21,117 nucleotides of DNA, taken from positions 1-21,117 of the forward strand of contig JAUWKS010000056.1 in assembly GCA_030614005.1 (NCBI GenBank), written 5' to 3'. Shown here in pieces: positions 14,949 to 21,117 of the stretch. A program made the position numbers and the translations under genes. Every line of letters begins with the position of its first letter. Positions within the stretch are counted from its first letter, which is position 1. This DNA comes from Candidatus Heimdallarchaeota archaeon (GTDB lineage Archaea; Asgardarchaeota; Heimdallarchaeia; JABLTI01). The notes beneath the pieces were generated by a model that did no database searches, was not told the origin of the DNA, and worked only from the letters and a program-made list of their open reading frames with translations.

Positions 14949-15109
14949 CGTTTAATCCTCAATAATTAATAGTTAAAATTAAATTCTAAATACCCTTTTT
15001 ACTTTCTGAGATGTATAAAAGTTTTGCAAGTAAAAAAACATCCTCTACAACATTGTTTCAATTAAAATTTTATAAGAGAGGAGCAATAAGAGAATATGAG
15101 GAATGAGAC

Positions 15110-15430
15110 ATTACATCCGAAGAAATTCAAAAAATAATCCTTGATTTCATTCATAAAGAAACTGGTTATGCGAATCCATTGGAGGCTTACTGTGGTTTTG
15201 AAAAGTTAGATATAGTATCTCAAGAAGCAACACAGGAAGGTAAAATACTTGTAGTCTTCAATTATCATTTCGATGAAGATGGTTTTTCACAATATGATAA
15301 AAGTCATCATCTATCTGGTGGGATTACAATTGATGAAAATGGAGAGATATTTGATTGGAGTCTTACAGAAACACATACCGGCGTAGCTGCTAATCTTGAT
15401 ACATATAAGACAAAATCTAAGAGTCTGTAG
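15110..15430 (+). CDS. Hypothetical acidic protein with an unresolved start
   Basis: The frame is open from 15107 (DITSEEIQKIILDFIHKETGYANPLEAY...), but the first canonical start is TTG 15179. Confidence 0.55.
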   Translation: MTSEEIQKIILDFIHKETGYANPLEAYCGFEKLDIVSQEATQEGKILVVFNYHFDEDGFSQYDKSHHLSGGITIDENGEIFDWSLTETHTGVAANLDTYKTKSKSL

Positions 15431-15518
15431 AGAGAGGATTTATTACTACTAATTTACAATTGATGTATTTCTAAATTCAATATTTCCCTAGGTTGGACCA
15501 TTTGATTTCTCCAGCTAA

Positions 15519-16751
15519 TTATTTCTCGCGTTTCTTTGAATGTCTATAAATGAATGAAAAAATACCCAATGTGCAGATGCCACATATTATTTGTAATGAA
15601 AATGGAGCAATAATGATGAAACCTGATGGACTAGTAGTATATAACGAACTTAAATTCACAGACATTACAAATGTATTGTAAACTGAAAAAACGCTCATAA
15701 CAAAGTAAACTATTTCACCATTATTCTCCACTAGATCTGGTTGAACATATGACCCATAGAGTGAAGGATATTCACTTGCTGTTGTAATTGTATAAGACGA
15801 ACTCCATGGACCCCAAAGATCATCTGCAGTTCTAACTTCAATTGATAATTGGTTAGTATCAAAATAGAACACAGTCCATTTTTGCAGATAATTATTCCAC
15901 ATAACGGATAATTCTCCCACCGGTGATGGAAAAATACTTGTTGCTAATAAATAATTACTACTCCATATAGGAGACCCACTAATATCAGCTTCTATTAAGT
16001 ATTCATAATTTGCTTGATTGAGAATACCAGTTAAGGGGACTCGACATAAATAACAAGCTTCGTATCTACCTGCTGGAGTAGCTAAAAAGTAAATATAATC
16101 TTCAGATGTTAAAATCGCTTGGTTTTGAGCAAAACCAAACTGCACAAAATTACTTCCACCAGGCCAAGAGATATTATTCATTTTCACGAACGTTTTCCCA
16201 TTATCTGCGGAAACAGCAATAGAAGCATTATTGCAATCCCACATTCCCCCCGTTGCAGACCAATGATTAACACTCATATAATATATGTAGATATTTCCAT
16301 TATAACTTACAGCTGCAGATGGGATACAAGTCATTTCATCGTAGTCAACTTTCTTACTAGAAATCAATTCAGTAGCATTGCCAGTTCGTGAATCCACGAT
16401 CCAGCCATTTAACATAATCCCATCCGAAGGGTCTGTATCATTACTATAAGCCATAGTGTTGCTTCGCCAATTTAGAGCCAAACCTTCTCCACAACCAAAT
16501 GTATCACCAAAAATGTAATAGTATTGGTCTTGGTGTTTCATAATAATTCCCAAGTCTGTTCCTCGTACATCTACAATTGTTGTATCATTAAGTGCATTCT
16601 CACCTGTTAATTTTGAAATTGGTTCGTGAGGAAGATTTACTTGTACCGTTTGTTCAGCTAATGCTATTTCAGTTGGTACAAATGAGTAATACATCATCAT
16701 ATAGATTATTAGAATGATTAATAGTTTCTTTTTTTGAAGAGGCATAAACAT
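15519..16751 (-). CDS. Secreted, C-terminally anchored DUF4185 beta-propeller glycosidase (GH183-like)
   Basis: GTDLGI, IFGDTF, WRSNTMA, CIPSA, YYMSV, NFVQ, LCRVP, GELSVMWNNYLQKW, WGPWS and LYGSY match the DUF4185 pattern; signal peptide and C-terminal TM with basic tail. Confidence 0.85.
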   Translation of the reverse strand: MFMPLQKKKLLIILIIYMMMYYSFVPTEIALAEQTVQVNLPHEPISKLTGENALNDTTIVDVRGTDLGIIMKHQDQYYYIFGDTFGCGEGLALNWRSNTMAYSNDTDPSDGIMLNGWIVDSRTGNATELISSKKVDYDEMTCIPSAAVSYNGNIYIYYMSVNHWSATGGMWDCNNASIAVSADNGKTFVKMNNISWPGGSNFVQFGFAQNQAILTSEDYIYFLATPAGRYEACYLCRVPLTGILNQANYEYLIEADISGSPIWSSNYLLATSIFPSPVGELSVMWNNYLQKWTVFYFDTNQLSIEVRTADDLWGPWSSSYTITTASEYPSLYGSYVQPDLVENNGEIVYFVMSVFSVYNTFVMSVNLSSLYTTSPSGFIIIAPFSLQIICGICTLGIFSFIYRHSKKREK

Positions 16752-16878
16752 TCAACTCAAAAAATAATAATTACTAGTAATAGTTTTCTACTATAATAAT
16801 TGTAGAACTTCTATTTATAGAAATCTGTTTGTGTAGGACAACAATAAAGAAATTTGCTCTATTTTTGAAACTTTGATG

Positions 16879-18957
16879 TTATTTGAGTAATTCTTGAAAA
16901 TTCTTTGAAACCATTTCATCAATTAAAGTAATTTGTTCGTCATTTTTTACAACAAACCCTTTTGCTTCACTGAATGCAAATTCACTGTACAAATAATCTT
17001 CTGCAAAATTTCGGAGCTTTTCTCGGATCAAGTAACTTTCTTGAGTTAATACAAGGGCAAAAACCATTTCACCGATATTTTCAAGCATAATTGCTACATC
17101 TCCGTGATCAATAAGTTTCAAGCCACCTTCTTTTGATTCGAGAAGAGTTTCTCCCATAGTTCGTATAGCAGTTAGCAATCCTGAGAGCAAGTTTGCATCT
17201 ATTTCTAAAGCTTTGTCAAAATATTTTTCATATACAGGAAGACCGGCTTGTTTAGAAATAATATAGAGCGCTTTCAATTGAGTTTCAATTACTTTTGGTT
17301 TTGAAATGCTCTCGAGAGTGAATGTAGAGCGAATTGAGTTGGTCATTCTAGTGAAAATTTTCACTAGCAGGTTTTTATCTTCACCCTTAATCTCTTTCAG
17401 TTGTTTTTTAGCTTCTTCCTCTTTTTCGGGGAGATTGATCTCTTTGGAAAGCTCAATAGCTTGTTCTAGAACTTTTACCCCTTGTTTTTGTTTTTTCGCC
17501 AAAGATAATAATAATCCTTGGAGAATATAGACATCAACCAAAACTAGTTTGTATTCTTGCTCAAAACATAATTGCTTTGTATCTTCTATTTTTTCAAGAG
17601 CAAAACTTAGTAGTAGCTCTTGCCCTGTAATTCTATGTTTGATCAGGTCAATCTCTGCAAGTTGTAATTTGGTATTAATGATAATCTCAAATAGGTTCTT
17701 CTCGAGAGCGAGTTCCAAAGTTTGTTCTAATAATCTACTCGCATCACCAAGATTTGATTGTCGAGCAGCAATGTGAGCTTTTCTTAGATTCACTTTCGCT
17801 ACTTCTGCCGTTAATTTTGCCTCAGCTATTTCTGCTAGTGCAAAGTCTAGTTCATCTATAGCCTCGGTAAATCTGTCCATTGTTTCAAAAATATCCGCTC
17901 GACATAGTTTGAGATCAATACTAATGCGAGGAGGTATTACTGTTTGACTTTCTTTAATAGCTTGAAGCGCATGTTCAGACTTTGAAAGAGCGACTTCTGT
18001 TTCACCAGAAGCGAGTAAAATATGAGCAATATTTGTTTCAGTAGCCACAATAATATATGAAGCATTATTTGAGCGCTTAGCGTAATCTAAGGCAATTTCA
18101 AAATATCTTAGAGCAAAATCCAAATAACCTAATTGCCGATAGATAAAACCGATATTATTTGCAAAGGAAGCAATGCGAATTTCATTTGCAAGTATTGTTG
18201 AAAACTCAAAAGCTTCTTCTAAGTAAACTAAACCTTCCTTTAAGTGTCCTATTTCAATTAAACATAGTGCAGTGTTATTCAGAAGTCTGTTTAACAAAAA
18301 TCTATTATTGAATTCTCTTGCTTGATCTATGAGTTCTATTCCTATTTCCGATCCTTTCAACAAATCTCCTTTTCTACGGTTTATTGCAATATTCACTGAA
18401 AACCCATGAATGTATCGTTGAAGCAAAAATTCCTGGAGTTGACTATTGCCGGAAGCAATTTCCTTTTGTTTAGTATATTCTTCTTTCAATTTCAAGATTT
18501 TTGATGGAACATCATCGAAAGATTGGCTATAATAACTAAAAAGAACATCATTTGCTAAAGCAGAGAGAAAAAGAACAGGATTAGTATCTCGAGATAGCTC
18601 CTCAATTTTTAGTATTAGTTCTGGAATTTCATCAAATTTTCTACTCTGTATGAGTGCATTAACTTTTAGATTCAAGAGTCCAGGATGTTCCGGGCAATTT
18701 GAACAAATTGAAATTATCTTTTCATTTTTCCCTTCATAAAATAATCCGTGGAGAATAAAGTAAATGAATTCCGGATATCCTCTGTAATCATCGAGTTGAT
18801 CCTCAATAGAGTGCATTACTAATAGAAATCGTCTTAGATTATCTTCACGCTTTGATGTTGTATTCTTAACCTTCTCAAGAAATTCTTCTCGAAGATTATC
18901 ACTTAGACGAGAATAATGAAATAATAACTCCTTAGGCCAAATCTCAGGAATAGACAT
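16879..18957 (-). CDS. TPR-repeat protein with a C-terminal longin-like domain
   Basis: TPR-like repeats (LNNTALCLIEIGHLKEGLVYLEEA; ANNIGFIYRQLGYLDFALRYFEIA). C-terminal ALYIISKQAGLPVY...DANLLSGLLTAIRTMGETL...LKLIDHGDVAIMLE...VFALVL pattern. GGAG upstream. Confidence 0.85.
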   Translation of the reverse strand: MSIPEIWPKELLFHYSRLSDNLREEFLEKVKNTTSKREDNLRRFLLVMHSIEDQLDDYRGYPEFIYFILHGLFYEGKNEKIISICSNCPEHPGLLNLKVNALIQSRKFDEIPELILKIEELSRDTNPVLFLSALANDVLFSYYSQSFDDVPSKILKLKEEYTKQKEIASGNSQLQEFLLQRYIHGFSVNIAINRRKGDLLKGSEIGIELIDQAREFNNRFLLNRLLNNTALCLIEIGHLKEGLVYLEEAFEFSTILANEIRIASFANNIGFIYRQLGYLDFALRYFEIALDYAKRSNNASYIIVATETNIAHILLASGETEVALSKSEHALQAIKESQTVIPPRISIDLKLCRADIFETMDRFTEAIDELDFALAEIAEAKLTAEVAKVNLRKAHIAARQSNLGDASRLLEQTLELALEKNLFEIIINTKLQLAEIDLIKHRITGQELLLSFALEKIEDTKQLCFEQEYKLVLVDVYILQGLLLSLAKKQKQGVKVLEQAIELSKEINLPEKEEEAKKQLKEIKGEDKNLLVKIFTRMTNSIRSTFTLESISKPKVIETQLKALYIISKQAGLPVYEKYFDKALEIDANLLSGLLTAIRTMGETLLESKEGGLKLIDHGDVAIMLENIGEMVFALVLTQESYLIREKLRNFAEDYLYSEFAFSEAKGFVVKNDEQITLIDEMVSKNFQELLK

Positions 18958-19142
18958 TATTTGTTCTCCAGTAATTGCTTTTTATATGGAGTTTTTATCA
19001 TTTAATATATTTCTTGGTTGCTACAAATGATCTAAAAGAAAATAAATACTAATTTGAAACTATCAAAAGAGAAGAAAAAGAGACTTATTGTTATTACTTT
19101 TTGAATCGGAAACAGTATTTAGCGGATCAGTGAAATGAATTT

Positions 19143-19430
19143 CTAATTCTTATACCTTGATGCTTTTGCATCACAAAAAGTGGGAGCTGGTTTCGGATAT
19201 AATTTATCGTACTCTTCTTTAGTTAGGTTTTTCTTTTTAGGGCCTCCTTCCTTGACCTTAGGAGCAATTAGATATTCTCCATCAACTTCAATATCAAGTT
19301 TAAAGGCTAATTCAATAATATCCTTCTCTGTAAGAAGAACAATGCTTGCTATCCAGTTTATCTTTACCTTCTTCTGTTGTTGAACAAGAGATAGAACTTG
19401 CTCTTCAATTTCTTTGGTAATAATATTCAT
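19143..19430 (-). CDS. Small hypothetical protein with a winged-helix (PCI-like) pattern
   Basis: IEEQVLSLVQQQKKVKINWIASIVLLTEKDIIELA...EVDGEYLI. ATG 19430 is preferred over TTG 19478. Confidence 0.55.
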   Translation of the reverse strand: MNIITKEIEEQVLSLVQQQKKVKINWIASIVLLTEKDIIELAFKLDIEVDGEYLIAPKVKEGGPKKKNLTKEEYDKLYPKPAPTFCDAKASRYKN

Positions 19431-19558
19431 TCGATTCCCATCAGAGTTAGATTCATTTGTAATTTTCCATTTTAACAAATTGGCGTAAATTTAAAAGAAA
19501 TAAACTTACATTTTATGAGTTGTTTCTTTTGAGACTATGATTATATTCTTAGTTAATG

Positions 19559-20521
19559 TTATTGTTTTACTTCACACATTTTCTCTGACAAAGATTTTAT
19601 CCAATCTTCTATTGACTTTGGAAGAATTGTAAAATTATTACCTTCTAGATCTAATTCTCTGAGTTCTGTTAAATTGGTTAACGATTCTGGTAGGGTTGTT
19701 AGTTGATTATCACTTAAAATTAATTTTCTAAGTGATATTAGATTGCCTAATGATTCTGGAAGAATCGTTAATTTATTTCTGTGCAGATCGAGCTCTTTAA
19801 GCACTGCAAGATTTCAAATAGACTTTGGGAGATTTTCCAATTTATTATTATATAAAACAAGTTCTTCCAGCGATTCCAAATTACCGATAGATTCTGGAAG
19901 AGCCGATAAATTTCTTCCCATGTAAAAGCTTAATTCTTTGATTAATGTCAGGTTTCCTATTGATTCAGGGATACTACTTATTTGATTACCAAATAGAAGA
20001 AGTTCTTCCAGTGACTTTAAATTGCCAATGGATTCCGGAAGCATAGTTAAACTATTCCTCATTAGATTTAATTCTTTAAGAGAAGCAAGGTTACCGATAG
20101 ATTCGGGGAGTGTAGTTAATCCATTTCTACTTAAATTTAATTCTATTAGTGATGTTAGGTCACCGATTGCTTCTGGAAGGGATGTTAGTTCACAATATCT
20201 TAAAGTCAATATTTTAAGTGATTTCAAATTACTGATCGTATCTGGGAGAGTTGGAAAATGATTATATCTTAAAGCTAATATTTTCAGCGATTTTAAATTG
20301 CCAAGAATTTCAGGAATAGTCGATAAACCACATCGATAAAGACTAAGCGCAATTACTTGCCCAGCTTCTATTATCATGCCTATTGTTCCTACTTCAAAAA
20401 AACGCACTATAGCGAGTTCTTTGCTAATTAGTTTTTCAAGTTCTTCTATAACCTTAATTTCACTTTCAAATAATTGTGTCCCGCGAAAATCTTTGAGTTC
20501 ATCTTTCTGGTTTTCTTTCAA
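19559..20521 (-). pseudogene. Leucine-rich repeat protein (about 11 repeats) interrupted by one in-frame TGA at 19816-19814
   Basis: The two listed ORFs are in the same frame: ...LPKSI-TGA-NLAVLKELDL..., where the other repeats read SIGNL. Confidence 0.85.
19610..20350 (-). repeat. 23-codon (69-bp) LRR array, consensus LxLxxNxLxxLPESIGNLxSLxE
   Basis: Ten full repeats (one of 24 aa) and a final partial repeat, counted from the translation. Confidence 0.9.
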
Positions 20522-20637
20522 ATTAGTAATTAACCCCCAGTCGGAGCCTAGAATAGTACTTTTCTATTACTATTTAAATTCTTTTTTCGCATAGAAGGCA
20601 TAAGGAATAATAAAAAGAAAATAATTTGGTGGAAAGA

Positions 20638-21003
20638 TCACACCATTGCGAGATACGCTATTAATAATATTAAACCGCCACCGAGAACTGCTATACTTAT
20701 GAATCCAATGATAATACCTGCAACAGCGAATTTATCAGATTTCCAGTCAGTAGTCAAAAAGCCAGTTATAACAGCAACAAATGATCCAAGAAGAGGAAAG
20801 CAACTTAATCCCAAAATCGAAGCAATAAGTGAAACAACACCCAAAGAAAAGCTAGATTTTTCTTCAGTTGTTTTTGTCGGTTGTGTTGGTTGTGCTGTTT
20901 TTATTGCTGCTTCAAAAGAAGCGCCACAATCACCACAAAACTTCTTGTCAGAAGAGTTTTTGCTGCCACATTCAGGACAAAACTTTACATCATTAAGAGC
21001 CAT
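20638..21003 (-). CDS. Zinc-ribbon plus DUF4190-like membrane protein
   Basis: CPECG-x8-CGDCG followed by TM segments (SLGVVSLIASILG...FAVAGIIIGFI). The listed GTG 21015 is part of a GGTGA SD, so ATG 21003 is the likely start. Confidence 0.8.
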   Translation of the reverse strand: MALNDVKFCPECGSKNSSDKKFCGDCGASFEAAIKTAQPTQPTKTTEEKSSFSLGVVSLIASILGLSCFPLLGSFVAVITGFLTTDWKSDKFAVAGIIIGFISIAVLGGGLILLIAYLAMV

Positions 21004-21117
21004 TGAATTATTCACCTAAAATAATAAATTATTTTGAACTATTAATTGTACATCTCAAGATTTAATAAATCTTTTTCAGCAGAGAAAAGAAGATCAAAAA
21101 CTGAAATAAAAGGAATA

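Noticed and set aside
4332-15540. Lys-rich C-terminal tails of three anchored proteins (KKAKK, KSKSKK, SKKREK) as KKxx ER-retrieval signals
   Set aside because: None has Lys at position -3 as KKxx/KxKxx requires; the positive-inside rule explains them.
19814-19816. Selenocysteine or genetic code 25 reading of the TGA
   Set aside because: The position is a structural Gly rather than Cys, and TGA functions as a stop in other genes of this window.
19610-20350. Periodic DNA repeats (gattc...gg) suggestive of a CRISPR array
   Set aside because: The 69-bp period is fully explained by LRR coding; there are no identical repeats with unique spacers and no cas genes.

Overview
AT-rich (roughly one third GC) archaeal DNA that looks like Asgard (probably Heimdallarchaeia-like) chromosome. 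The assignment is an inference from GGTGA/GAGGT Shine-Dalgarno motifs, TATA boxes, a Ras-like small GTPase, a TPR-longin fusion, an Asgard-style LRR protein and many zinc-ribbon membrane proteins. Left to right: a GC-rich hairpin cluster and possible IS end (about 1-273); a two-TM zinc-finger protein with a polyproline/PPxY/LD-motif tail; nikR convergent on a four-gene metal-uptake operon (SBP, FmdE-like, ATPase, permease) whose TATA box lies inside a NikR-type palindrome; oligopeptidase B; a SAM methyltransferase; a small GTPase plus a Zn-binding partner; several orphan membrane proteins; a variant nitrilase; a second methyltransferase; a surface DUF4185 (GH183-like) glycosidase; a TPR-longin protein; an LRR gene broken by one in-frame TGA; and a zinc-ribbon/DUF4190-like membrane protein. 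No rRNA, tRNA or CRISPR array was seen. All family calls come from motif recognition by eye; no database search was run.
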